Shown here: positions 12,901-25,543 of the stretch, piece after piece | How positions within the stretch are numbered: position 1 is the first letter of the stretch | Layout of the letters: each line of letters begins with the position of its first letter | Source of the DNA: Epiperipatus broadwayi | Taxonomy: Eukaryota; Animalia; Onychophora | NCBI GenBank assembly: GCA_028023455.1 | Contig: JAQFVV010000005.1 | Location: forward strand, 17,298,001 to 17,362,000 | Direction: 5' to 3' | DNA length: 64,000 nucleotides | Program-made: the position numbers and the translations under genes | The notes under the pieces: model-generated | Seen by the model: the letters and a program-made list of their open reading frames with translations, nothing else | What the model was told of the DNA's origin: nothing | Database searches by the model: none

Positions 12901-14498
12901 TCATAAAATATATACATCAAAAGAACTTTCAATTGCATAAATATAACTCTTGCAAGTTTAGCACAATAAATTTCCTAGTAATATATACTGCAAATTTTAT
13001 TCTCCATTTTTTATCTATTCTTTCAACATAACATTACGACTATCAAAATGTACTAATTCATAGTCGAGGAAAGCAGACTGTTCATAATATCACTTTTTAA
13101 TTTTTAACATTTTTGCTTTATTGTATAATAAACAATACTCATTAAGGTATTCTATGAGTGCATACCATAATTCATTGATATACTAAGACAAAAAACACTT
13201 TAATGAATATATAATATTATGTCTTTATTTTTTAGATATTGTACCTTTTGTTTATTACTTAATTTAGATTTAAGATAGGCAAAATAAAGTAAAAAAACAT
13301 TACTTTTCATTTATATGCTTCATATGAATTTTATTACAAAAATTAAAAGGAAGAGAAATTCTTGTTTTAGAGTGTATAATTTTATTAGGACCACATCTAA
13401 AATTTTAATAGTATTATAAATAAAATCGATTTAATATTCTACATTTAGCAAATCCTGTAAGTATTAGAAATAGTCATTTCTATCATATGTATATTTACAA
13501 AAATTTTCATTGTAACACAGAAAATATTTTTATTTTATTTTTTAATTTATTTATTTGATGTTATTTATAATATTATTATATATATTTCAAATTTTTATCA
13601 GTATACTCCTTGTTTCAATTCTACCATATCATAACAGATCATCAGCATAGAAAATCAGACTATCATCTCTTATCATGCATGCATTCGAAAATACTTTACT
13701 TTTCCAAATGAATTAAACATAAACACAGAGAATAATTTAATTTCATATACATAAATACATTTAACACATTCACAATCATATGAACAAAGACATCTGAAAA
13801 AAAGAAATAAACATCAAGATATGCATTTTCTGTTGAGCATATTCAACAGTTGGTTTAGATCATAATCTTTTACATATGTCTTTATCATTTGTTCAGTATT
13901 TATAGATAGCAAATTATTACAGTTTGATTTATAAGTTCTAAACTATCTGCACTCCCAACTCTGACACCAATCACTTCATAAAAATACACCAATGATTACT
14001 ACTAATCATTTATTAAATTAGACCTTATTCCTAGCCCATATATATTTACATAGAGATAGCAACATTTGAATCTCGCCATGTAGACAGTTTGATAATTTTC
14101 ATTACATCATACACATATATATTCATTCCTTAGCATGGACCATTTTTACTCGAGAAAAAAAAAAGATGAAAAATAAACTCCAGTACATGAACAACAAATA
14201 AATATATATATGTATGTGATATTAACAAAGTTCTATTTAAATTTTTATCCTGATAAACATATAGAGTTTAGAAACATATTTTTTTTTTATATTTATAACA
14301 AAGTACCACCAAAAGTCATGGGTCAGCTGCCCTATCACCTATTCAAGTGGATTAATAATAATTTTCTGACCATTCAAAGTAGAGTTCTATGAAAGTCAGA
14401 CCAAAAGTTAGTGCAAAATAATTTAGGATATCCAGACTAGATTTCATTATTATTTCCAGGTTCATAATCAATCAATTGTAACTTTACTATAAATCAGG

Positions 14499-14560
14499 AT
14501 TTAGTGCAGCAATAGAGTGACAGATTAGGGAGCTGAAAGTTCTGGGATTGAAGCTTAACT
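14499..14560 (+). mobile_element. Old SINE-like family head (related copies near 597, 5598 and 54735)
   Basis: Recurrent tt(a/g)(a/g)tgcag....gag/gaa motif followed by agctgaa; similarity judged by eye. Confidence 0.35.
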
Positions 14561-14708
14561 TGTCACTTATGGGGCTTGAAGATCACATGATCTTTAGCCA
14601 CCCTAATATATTGCCACTAGTTCTGAAGAGGTGTTCAATGACTTTTGGCAACATACCACATAGACAATAACATTATATATTGTTATTAATTAAAAATGGC
14701 AACATTAC

Positions 14709-14819
14709 CTTGGCAGTGGTAATGTCTGCTGTTGAAACTACTGGAGTTTGCAATGGGAGGGCTTGTCCAGGAGTGGGAGTACTGTAAGGTGCCCCAGAGT
14801 TATAACCTACGCTAGTAAC
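14709..14819 (-). CDS. Host gene coding exon, 111 nt, VTSVGYNSGAPYSTPTPGQALPLQTPVVSTADITTAK
   Basis: poly-T tacag|GTTACT...GCCAAG|gtaatg; 37 codons, phase 0. Confidence 0.85.
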
Positions 14820-15362
14820 CTGTAAAAAAAAAAAAAATTAAAAATGAATGTTTTAATAAATAAAATAAAAGAAACTATTATTAATAAATACTGATGAGAG
14901 ATTAGTTTTTATACAATAAAAGATTGGGCCATTTAAAAGAAAAAAAAGTACTGTTTTATTATCATGCTGAAACTGCTTGATAGCATTGTTTCTAGGGAAC
15001 ACACATAAATATAATGTTACCGGGTCCATCACCTTATTTGTGAAATAATAAGAAGAATAATTGTACGGGTTAACGTAATTAATTTATTTTCCTTAATAAA
15101 TTACTTAATATATATATATATATGTGCTCTGCGCACATATATATATTAATTGATTTCAAACGCTAATGAAGTAAAGCCTTAACTATTTAATAAATTACTG
15201 TAATTATTTTTGAAAAACAAAAACAAGTTATAATCACGTAACTTGATATCGCTTGTATTTATGATCATTAGATGGCGTTTTATCAAAACCACTGAACAAA
15301 GCGTATATTTGTTTACATAAACGACAAAAGAGTCAGAATTCACTATCTCTTTTGTTTGCCCA

Positions 15363-15409
15363 CCCTCAGATCAGCTGATTTCAAGCTAATTTGCTATCAT
15401 CAGTGAAGG
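15363..15409 (-). ncRNA. Type I hammerhead ribozyme motif, mirror copy in the left arm
   Basis: Exact reverse complement of 15993-16039; same sense as the host pre-mRNA. Confidence 0.85.
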
Positions 15410-15992
15410 ATAGAGCTAGAAACTAGATCTAAACACTGACTCCAAGTGTTTATGCAAAAAGTTTCTATCAGTTTGCAAGCATGAATTTTTCAGACCGGTA
15501 AAGTCTTCAAACTCAGCCTAATAAGCCAGATAGCTATATGGGTCTGATCTCAGTTCAGTTTCACCACATAGTCAAAGCCTCTGCAATATATATCATTGCA
15601 AAAACCTTTAAAGGTACATTTATGAAAAACAAAAACAAGTTATAATCATGTAACTTGATATCATTGTATTTATGTAAACAAATATACGCTTTGTTCGGTG
15701 GTTTTGGTAAAACGCCATCTATTGATCATAAATACAAGCGATATCAAGTTACGTGATTATAACTTGCTTTTGCTTTTCATAAATGTACCTTTAAAGGTTT
15801 TTGCAATGATATATATTGCAGAGGCTTTGACTATGTGGTGAAACTGAACTGAGATCAGACCCATGTAGCTATCTGGCTTGTTAGGCTGAGTTTGAAGACT
15901 TTACCGGTCTGAAAAATTCATGCTTGCAAACTGATAGAAAATTTTTGCATAAACACATGGAGTCAGTGTTTAGATCTAGTTTCTAGCTCTAT

Positions 15993-16039
15993 CCTTCACT
16001 GATGATAGCAAATTAGCTTGAAATCAGCTGATCTGAGGG
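15993..16039 (+). ncRNA. Type I hammerhead ribozyme motif
   Basis: CCTTCA-CTGATGA-T-AGC-aaatta-GCT-T-GAAA-TCAGCTGA-TC^TGAGGG. Stem I CCTTCA/TGAGGG, intact CUGAUGA and GAAA core, palindromic stem III ATCAGCTGAT, predicted cleavage after C16033. Confidence 0.85.
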
Positions 16040-19000
16040 TGGGCAAACGAAAGAGATAGTGAATTCTGACTCTTTTGTCGTTTATGTAAACAAATATACG
16101 CTTTGTTCGGTGGTTTTGGTAAAATGCCATCTATTGTAATTATTTTTACAATTTCTTTTTGTCTCTGAATATAACTACGAGAAATTTTTTACACTCGGAT
16201 ATTTTATTATACAGGTTAACGTAATTCATTGATTGATTTCCTTAATAAATTACTGTCAGATTTATTCGATTAACAATTTTATGATGATAAATTTAAATCT
16301 TTAACACGTGCCTACAAATATGCCTTTTCATATCTGCAAGAATTAAAACTTATCAATTAACAGACATTATTGCAAATATTCTATTCTAGTAGAATTCCCC
16401 AATATACGCCAGCGGTCTGCATTGGGAAAATCCCCCCCCCCCCCGCAAACTTTAAAAAGTCTACTTCATTGCTTGACAGACAACTAACTACATCATGATG
16501 GAAGAAATGAGAATGCTTTAATTACCGAACTGTATATGACTCTCTTTTTTTGGTCATTTTTGACTAAAGTATGGTGGATAATATTGATGGCACACCTATT
16601 AATAACGATTAATAATTTTCCAACTCGATTTTTTTTTTTTATGATTAAGAAATGTATTTTTTTTACAATTTCTTTTTGTTTCTGGATATAACTACGAGAA
16701 ATTTTACAGTCAGACATTTTCGCAAACCGTGACTGTTTTCGGGAGAACAGTGAAATTATGGTTTCCCCTAATCTTTTCTAACTATTTATACCTTACATGT
16801 TGAGTTTGGAAGTGGTGTAATGGGCTTATAATTATTACTTTTTAATATTACATTAGGTAAGTTGTACCATAATTACTTTTAAATGCAAATTGCAATAGTT
16901 CTGCAAACTTTAAATCAATCCACTCTGAAATGGTACAGTAGCGAAGTGTTAACATTGCTAAAAGATAGTATTGTGGGAACTCGCACAAACTGCACAAGAC
17001 AAAGCAAGCCGTTAGTTACAACAGAAAAAAAAAGTCTGTGGCTATTTGGTTTGACTGCGGCCCACTAAATGGCATATTTATATGCGTTTTGATGGGATCA
17101 ACGCCATCAAGCGGTTTCAACAGGCTAATAGAACAGTACCTGGATGGGATCATCACCATCAAATAATAGAACAGTACCGAAAAGAATGCAAGTATGATTG
17201 ACAGATTTCGATATTCAGGTTTGAAGAAAAAAAAAAGATGAATAAACAAACTTAATTCAGAAGAATTGACAATGGATAAATTTATGACATTTATTAAAAA
17301 AAGCAGCTTAAATATATTTTTAGAATAAAAAGAATTAACAGTACTGTAGATAACTTGCTAAGAAATAAAAAGTTTTGCAAAATGATTTAAGATTACATAT
17401 AAGATTGTCTTAAATTCATATATGTTTCTTAGATGTTTAGAGAAAAAAAATCAAAAATGAGTAGTAGTTGCTCTGTTTGATTTGATTTATTGATAACGTG
17501 ATCAATTCAAAATCTAAAAAGTCCTTGAATTGAAAGAAAATAATTAAATAGTTTATTGCTTGGAAATTCATAAGATGTTTAAATGATAGAACTGAAAACA
17601 AGCAGAGTTTGACACTACTACTACTACCCTAAACCATGCAGGTCCTTGGATTGCAATGTCATTATATCAGTCTGATGCTTCGATGTCATGACTTCTTCAA
17701 CAATGAAACATTTGATGTCCTGCTTGGTTTGGTTGCAGTAGTGGAATGAAAGATTCTGTAACATAAGATCAACAGACTGCATCTAGTTCTATTATTTTCA
17801 GTGTTTGAAATTCTTATAAACTCTTGAGCAATAAATCATTGGACTATTTTTTAAAAATCAGTTGATTGCTTATTATTATTAATTTTTCTGTGAGATTTAC
17901 GTTGAATTTAAAAAAAAGGAAAATATTAATGAATAGATTATGAAATACAAAAATTAATTAAAATTGTAGATAAGCAGAGGTGGGGAGGATATATACTGAA
18001 AAATAAAATAATAGATAGACTTAAGTGGACATGTTTGTATATTAATAGAATTGTAGACTATGTTAGATTAGAATAATCTAGTGTCAGGTAACTTCAAATG
18101 TAAGCAATAGTTATGATTATATATATATGCATACATATAAAACATGAACTAAAAAACTCTAGTAAGAATATCTGGGGGTGATAGTTTGGGAACTAGTTTT
18201 TTGGAAAGTTGCAACCAATACATTCTCTCCCCTCCAAACATGCAACATATTAGTGTTAACGTATTGTCAGAGTTTTAGAGAAGGCAGTTGCTGATTGGTA
18301 TAATTTTATTATATAGCAATTATTATCCAATGTTAAATGCAGTAATAAAAATAAAAATGGAAGATTTAAAGAAAGATGCAAAGATCTTAATTATGGGAAT
18401 ATTTATAAGAATAGAAGTAAATATGAAAAATGTGTAGATAAGAAAATATGCAAATGTTTTATCAGAAATTTACTAAAGATACAAAATTTTTATTATAAGA
18501 ATTGTTAAAAAATATTCAGACTTCTACAATAATTATTTAATTTGAAATTGTCAAAATTTATATCTAAATCAAAATAATTCACAAATAATTTTTGAAAAAA
18601 AAAACGGCATATAATTAAGATTATTTTGTGACTTATTTTAATTCTTTGAATTTAATATTAAAATAAATATCTTAAAAAAAATTCACTTCTTTGCACTTTT
18701 CACATTGTTTTTTATTTAATTATCTGGCACTTTTGACTATCTAGCAGACTTTTTCAGAATTTTAAAATATAACTGCATTACTAACATATAGTAATCTAAG
18801 GAAGTGGAGAGTGATATAAAATAATGTATATATGGCATATACATTCAAAAGCATATAATTTCTTTTAAGCCAAATCTATCATCACTTTGAATTCATTTTC
18901 CAATAATTTATTATCTTGACTTCTGAAGTGCTAAACTGATATCATAACAGATCTATTAAATTCTTATCAGGTTGTGGAGATTATAAATATCGGTTTTATC

Positions 19001-21180
19001 TAATGTATGTCATATAGGTTCAGCATCTTGATAAAATGTTGGACTCAAAGCAAAAGATTCCACAACTGATTCTCAGCTCACTAATGTAAATATAAATAAC
19101 TGGTTTAGTCTGACTGAACATAACATATCCAAATGTTATATGACTTTCTAAGAAATTCCAACATAATTATTTATTTTGCCCTATCACATTTAGTAGAGTC
19201 AGTATGTGAATACAGACTCCCAAACGAGCCTTGCCTGCTTCATTTTCATCCAGGAAAGAAATGATAACTAGGAGAACGAAAGTATCAACATTAACCTTAT
19301 TATGTTATTCAAGTGAATGATCTGAAACTCTTGAAATGAATGCTTTGTTTTACTCATACAATGAGACTTGCCTATATAAAGCTGATTGTGAAAGCTAGAG
19401 TTAAATGTCACAGGGTTATGATCTCCATGACTTTCTTGCTCTCTATGTTAGACAGATGTCATGTAGAATGTATTATATAGGTTGAAAAAAAGGCATTGAT
19501 AATGATTAAATATTATACAGGTTAGATATCTGTCAAATAACTGGCTTTGTATAGCAAGATATTGCTGACCATTAAATGAAAACAGTACAAATCCAAAGTG
19601 ATCCTCTAAAAAAAGTCATTTATCCAAAAACTAAATTAAAATAGGCAAAACTCTCTAGATGTATTGGTGATCATGTGATGTTTATTGGCTTATCCAGAAA
19701 CTGTTGTGAAAGATTGTTTGTAATGATATCTTATGTTTAGTGATTTTAGTCATTACTTGTAATGTTGCTGCTAGCTCTGGAAGAAAAATATTATTAAACC
19801 GCTAGCACGATGGTGGTAATTTTAAATCAGATTTATGAAATTGACACTAATTACTGGTAAGAATAAAAATAGTCCATAAATTTGCGAACTCATTATATCA
19901 TAGCATACAGTACCATTCATTTCGAGTTGGGAGCCAAACACATGCATATATAAAGTTTAATCTTCATGTTTTTATTAAGCAAATTCTGGAAAAGTACTGC
20001 AATGAAGTCTCTGTCTTAATAGAATTATTATTAAAATATAGCACTCTTTTTCATATGTTTTATTTATATTTTGTTTTTTATTATTATACTTGTTCGTTTC
20101 AGTATCAACTATCTATCAGACTTCTTCATTGCTCTAATTGATAAACATATATTATATTAGTATAACTAATAAAATACATTTGTCTTAATACTTTCTATTA
20201 TTGTAGTTGTTCCTTAAAATTTCAATTACCTAGAAGTCTTTTTAAAAGCTGTAAGACAATCAAAACTGTAAAAACCAACAATAACAAGTTGTTGTATAAA
20301 TAATATAATTAATGTAATATACTTATCAATTATGAAGAAGACTCTAACAGTTAGTCAAAAATATAAACTATAATAATAAAAGGCATTGTATATTTAAAAA
20401 AAAGTGCATAAAAGGAATATAATATTTTATTACCCATAATAACAATACCAGAAAATGAGAATATTTAATAAATCTACTAATAACATTCTGTTTGTGCTCT
20501 TTAAGATAATGGATCTTTCAATATTATATACTAAGAATTTACCCTTGTATTAGTGGTTTTTAAGATTTTTTCTTTGGATGGCTAACTATAGTCTGAAATC
20601 TTATCAGTTTTGAAGATTCTGTTAGTAATAGGAAAATTATTGCTGATAAAGGTTTCATAGTTATCATAGTATAAAAGATTTTAGAACTAAACATTTTTTC
20701 TCCTATTGCAGAAACTGAATCAGGAATATTTGGTAACCAGCATGATAGTATATATTGAATAAATTGTTTACCAATTTCAGTATAGATTAGAAATAATAAT
20801 ATTAATGACTGCATGAAAGATTTTACTTATATTTGAAAGAAAATCCATTAATTCCTCTTTGAGATCTTAAATAAATTGAGCATAACCATTGCAGCTATTA
20901 TTACTATGTGATTATTTATATGCATGAATCAGCCAGTATGGTACATTCATTGGCATCTTATCTTTGAGTTTACACTAAAAAAAAAACCACCATGGCTGTC
21001 TAATATTAAATGGGACATTGAAGGTAATGAGATAATTGATTTGATAAGTGGGTATGTATTTTAGTACAAAGGCATAAGTATTACGGCATGAGTGAATGGG
21101 ATTCATTACAAATAAAAAATGGAAGAACAATACTGTAATCAGACAGAATAACAAGATTAAATTAATGGAATACATAAAAT

Positions 21181-24100
21181 GAAAATAATTCAGGTTTATG
21201 CTCTAACAATTTCTTTTGCGATGAAAATGTAGAATGTACAAAATGCTTTCAATCAGAATGAACAATATTTTAAAATTAATGGGAGCTTTTAATGCTAGAA
21301 TTGGTAAACAATTGAAAGATGAAAGTACCTTAGGTGAATTTGGCTATGGAAATAGAAAAGAGAGGACACATGTGTATATGAATTTTTTCTTTGAGAAAAA
21401 TGCTAATTGGAAATGGAATTATCTAAATGAAGATACAGCAGAATTTACATTTATTGAGTAATAGAAAATATTCAACAAAGGAAGTAATCATCCATTAATG
21501 AGATGTAAGGTAAGGGTTAATTGAAAATGAAAGAGATGGAAACTATTACAAAAAGACGGTACTAACAATTGGGACTAATCTTAAGAAACACTCCAGTGAA
21601 TTTAAATTAGAACTTGCTAATTGTTTTAAAAAAATATATTAACAGATAACTGACCCTCTACTAAGAATAGCAACAAAGATCTGATACAAAAAAGTAGCAA
21701 TTCATCATGGCAAATGGAGAAAAGAAACATAAAAGTATGTAAAAATGATATATTAAGAAGAATTGAATTTCTAGAGTTCTGTAAAATAGTACAAAAAAGA
21801 ATTAATAATAACATAAAAATATATAATTGTGAATTGGAATAGAAGGCTGTAGAGAAGAATACATTTTCAAAAGTATAAACAACTGAAGCTTCCAATGAGT
21901 TATATCATGCTTGTATCCAATCACAACCATCCATCAATCCAGAAGTTAGATCAATGTCTCTGACCATAGATACATTAGAAACACATTCTTTGTCAAGCAA
22001 TTCATATACAGAAACCCTAGCCTTAATTTCTTTTTTAGACTTATTTTTTATTTTTTTTATTAATTACAATTCTATCACAGATTACTAAAACATATAATCA
22101 AAGACATGTAATAACAATCCTTTTCATGTGTCTTTGATCATATGTTTTGGTAATCAGTGATACAATTATAAGTACTAAAAAAAAATTAAGGTTAGGCTTT
22201 CTCTAGAAATAATGTGTATATGATGTTGAAATGTCACATGTGCTATATGAATTGCTAGACAAAGTGTATGTTTCTAATGTATCTATAGTCTGAGAGGTTG
22301 TCTGACTTTTGGGCTGATGGATGGTTGTCACTGGGTTACAAGCATGATATAACTCAAAACAAAACTCTCCATACAGTAGTGCCATCTTGTACCAACAAGA
22401 TGATCACACGATATAACTCATTGGAAGCTTCAGTTACTTCTTGTTCAGTTACATATAATCTGAGTTATTTACTTATTTATATAAAAGTATAAACAATATC
22501 TTGGTATTGAAAAAAAGTTACTTCAGCAAATAAAATGAAAAGATGAAACTATTACTTAAAAAAAGAGATGACATCATAAAATATATGAAAAAATTCTACC
22601 AAAAACTATAGTAATAAAAAACAAATTAACTGTTACAATTACTACAATTTCTGAATTGCAAAACATTTATTTATAGAGATAAATGCAATCGAATCTATGA
22701 AGAAAAAAATAGCTAGAAAAAATGATGGAATTATTATTGAAACTTAAAAGAAGCAGGTGAAAAAAATAGAAAAATTATTGTCTAAGTTATATATATCAAA
22801 TATCTAAATGATAAAGGTGCATTCTGAGGATTAGAAAAATGCAATAGTCATAGTAATATTTAGAAAAGATAATAAAAAGATATTAGAAATTACAGATCAA
22901 TCTTTTATTTGTTCTATACAAAATCTTTTCTAAGATAATTACAACTCATCTATAGTAAATTTAGAATTCTAAACAACCAAAAGAACAATATGGGTTTAAC
23001 AGAAGTTCTAAAACAGTAGAATATATCAAGTATTGAGAGAAATTATAGAAAGAATCAATGAATATCAGTTGCCATTATGCTAAGAATTTATAGATTAAGA
23101 AAAGACATTTAATTCCAAAAGCATTTTTACAATGATTAAGATAGTCATATTCTGAATATTTATCAAAATACAACAGCAATGATTAGATTACACAATGATC
23201 CTAAGAAGATTAACATTGAAAAGGTGTATGACAGAATGATCACAGATCTACAAAACTTTTTATAGTTTTACAAGAAGTATTTTGTGGATTAAAATGGGAA
23301 GCTAAAGAAATAAAAATATATGGAAATTATTTAAATCATCTAGATTTTCCAAATGATGTAATTGTTTTTACAAGGAATGCTTCAGACTTAAGGGAAATGT
23401 GGCAAGAGTTAGTTATCAGGTGAAAATAAAATATGACTAAAAATAAATGCTAAAAAGACTGAAGTAATGTTTAATGTTTATCCTCAGAAGATTATAAAGA
23501 TAGATAATTATTAATCAGAAGTTAATAACTTCAAATATCTTGATCAAATTATTAATTCAGATGTAAAGTTAATGGATGAAATTAATCATAAAATGAAATT
23601 TGGATGGAGTATTTTTGATAGAAATAACTTAGTATTAAAAGAAAATATGCTTATGTATTTGAAATAGAAAGTTTTTAATAGATGTATTTTATCAATTCTT
23701 ACTTATGGATGTGAGACTTGGACATTTAAAATAAAAATAATGTAGAGACGTCACACCACTCAATAAAGTATGGAAAAATGTACGTTGGGAATAGCAAGAA
23801 GTAATTTAAAACAAAATATTTGCGTGAGACAACATACAAATATCACTGATATCATCGAAAGAATTAATATAATATTCTCTTCATATAAATCCAATAAAAT
23901 ATATTCTTCTTTTTTTCTATCAAAAAACTTTATTTCTTTCTTCTTAAACCATAAGAAATAAAAAAAAGTTTTTTAAAAGAAAAAAGGGAGAATATATTTT
24001 ATTGGATTTACATGAAGAGAATATTATATTTTTTAATGAAAAAAATGATTTATTGTTGTTAAATTTTCTTTTCTAATAATGATGATAGTAGTTTAAATAT

Positions 24101-24345
24101 ATATTTTCGAAAGAATTAAGAGAATAAAATGGAACTGGGCTGAACATATTGCTAAAAGAGTTGATAATAAATGGATAGTTGAAGTTTAAAATTTAATTGT
24201 AAAAATTGTACAGATTTAGAAAGAGATCACATGTGAGATGAATGAATGAAAGGAGAAACTTTACTGATGTGTTATGGAGACGAGAGGTTAGAGATCGAAG
24301 AAAGTGCATTAAACTTGGAGAGACTATCCTGAAATGAATAAGTAA
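21181..24345 (+). mobile_element. RTE-clade LINE, old and degraded (APE endonuclease to RT 3' end)
   Basis: KIIQVYAL, MGAFNARIG..FGYG; RT remnants; 3' part homologous to 42452-43201; interrupted by the 21883-22482 fold-back. Confidence 0.8.
21883..22482. mobile_element. 600-bp degenerate fold-back insertion
   Basis: 14-bp TSD aaaagtataaacaa (21869-21882 and 22483-22496). Perfect 26-bp outer inverted match 21881-21906 / 22410-22435, long imperfect arms, inner hairpin centred near 22109-22124. Interrupts an RTE LINE relic. Confidence 0.8.
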
Positions 24346-25443
24346 TGGTGAAATGTCTGTGGGTTTAAAACTGTATATGTAAATAAAAGATTATTTATTT
24401 TTGTAAATAAGCACGAATTTCTTTATTTTAATAACATTCACTTTATTGGAGAAAATTATTCTAGAAATTCACTTAAGAGATCATCCTAAAATTATAGATT
24501 AAATTAGAATAGAATTTGTATGCAAATAAAGCTTGATGAATAAAAATTAAATCGTATATGTATATTTACCCCCCCCCCCGATAAATGAAGAAAAGAGAGG
24601 AAGCAGCTAAAATGGACTAGTAGACCGACTAGCAGCGACTCTAGTGGCAAATGGGAAGCGGCTACTTGTTTGTGAATAGAAAAGGTTATTAACAGCGAAG
24701 GATAATTAACTGAAGCTTAACCAAACTGCAAGAGACAAGTTGGGAACTGAGATGGTTAATAAATAATGCATCAATTGTGTGTAGCAATGTAAGCACTAAT
24801 ATTGCAAAATTTTACTAGTTTTACTCTATTCAGAAATAATATATACTTATTTGTATTTCAATAAACATTTGATTTGAAAGCACAAAGATTATTCCTGGTG
24901 TGAAAGAAGACTATTTTCGCCTGAGGAAAATAAATAGCATATGAATATTAATGGACTATTACCTTTTTATATTGTTTTTATCACATTATTATTGTTATTA
25001 AATACATCTTTTTCGAAGTATAGTATTTATTTATTTATTGCTTTGAGAGAAGAATTTGTATAAATGGAGAAAAACAAAATGTATGTTAACATGCTCTCCT
25101 CACATAAAATATAAAAATATTGATATACATCTGCAATCACTTGAGTGTTTATATGACAATAATGTAATAATAATAAGTGTATAAAAGAAGAACAAGTAAA
25201 ACGTTAGATATCTTGGAATGATGATAAATAAACCTTTTGAAAATATCAATAAAAATACTAATTAATAAATTTAGATAATTTATAACAATATTCTACAAAA
25301 TCAAAGATATTTTTCTTTTAAATATTCTTATTAAAACAGGCAAAACTCACTATATGTATGCTAAACACAGCAAGCTAGAGTAATCTATGGATGCCAGAAG
25401 GCTTGTGCATAAAATCCCCATCTAGTGCTCTCAGATCCAAGGC

Positions 25444-25485
25444 TCCTCACTGACGAAGGCCACAAGCCAGAAACTAGTCTGGGGA
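25444..25485 (+). ncRNA. Type I hammerhead ribozyme motif, copy 1
   Basis: TCCTCA-CTGACGA-A-GGC-cacaa-GCC-A-GAAA-CTAG-TC^TGGGGA. Stem I TCCTCA/TGGGGA, extended by TCCAA/TTGGA; palindromic stem III ACTAGT; GUC cleavage triplet. Confidence 0.8.
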
Positions 25486-25501
25486 TATTGGATAAGTAGG
25501 C

Positions 25502-25543
25502 TCCTCACTGACGAAGGCCACAAGCCAGAAACTAGTCTGGGGA
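25502..25543 (+). ncRNA. Type I hammerhead ribozyme motif, copy 2
   Basis: Identical to copy 1 over the motif, 58 bp downstream. Confidence 0.8.

Larger units (their letters stand above)
15212..16134. mobile_element. Fold-back, retrozyme-like insertion made of a 412-bp hammerhead-containing monomer in both orientations
   Basis: 13-bp direct TSD tgtaattattttt (15199-15211 and 16135-16147). Left arm is about 1.1 units (period 412: tgaaaaacaaaaac at 15211 and 15623). It switches at a tttatg microhomology near 15668 to a right arm of about 1.1 units in reverse orientation. 10 substitutions between arms counted by eye. Confidence 0.9.
15010..17230. repeat. Unclassified repeat that hosts the 15212-16134 insertion
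   Basis: Internal direct repeats (ggttaacgtaatt..ccttaataaattact near 15068 and 16214; tttacaatttcttttt..ataactacgagaaattt near 16144 and 16663), a poly-C run and CpG-richer composition than the flanks; boundaries approximate. Confidence 0.4.

Noticed and set aside
15212-16134. Five same-direction A/G differences between the arms read as ADAR editing of the template, or as proof of two template molecules
   Set aside because: At sites present in three copies the odd allele is simply in the single copy, and C-to-T decay after insertion (two of the five sites are CpG) explains the pattern equally well.
15010-17230. Tc1/mariner or Helitron assignment for the repeat hosting the 412-bp element
   Set aside because: No matching terminal inverted repeat for the taccgggtcc start and no clear Helitron termini were found.
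22346-22421. Hammerhead in the 64-bp segment of the third fold-back
   Set aside because: A good hairpin is present, but neither strand has a CUGANGA or GAAA core in register.
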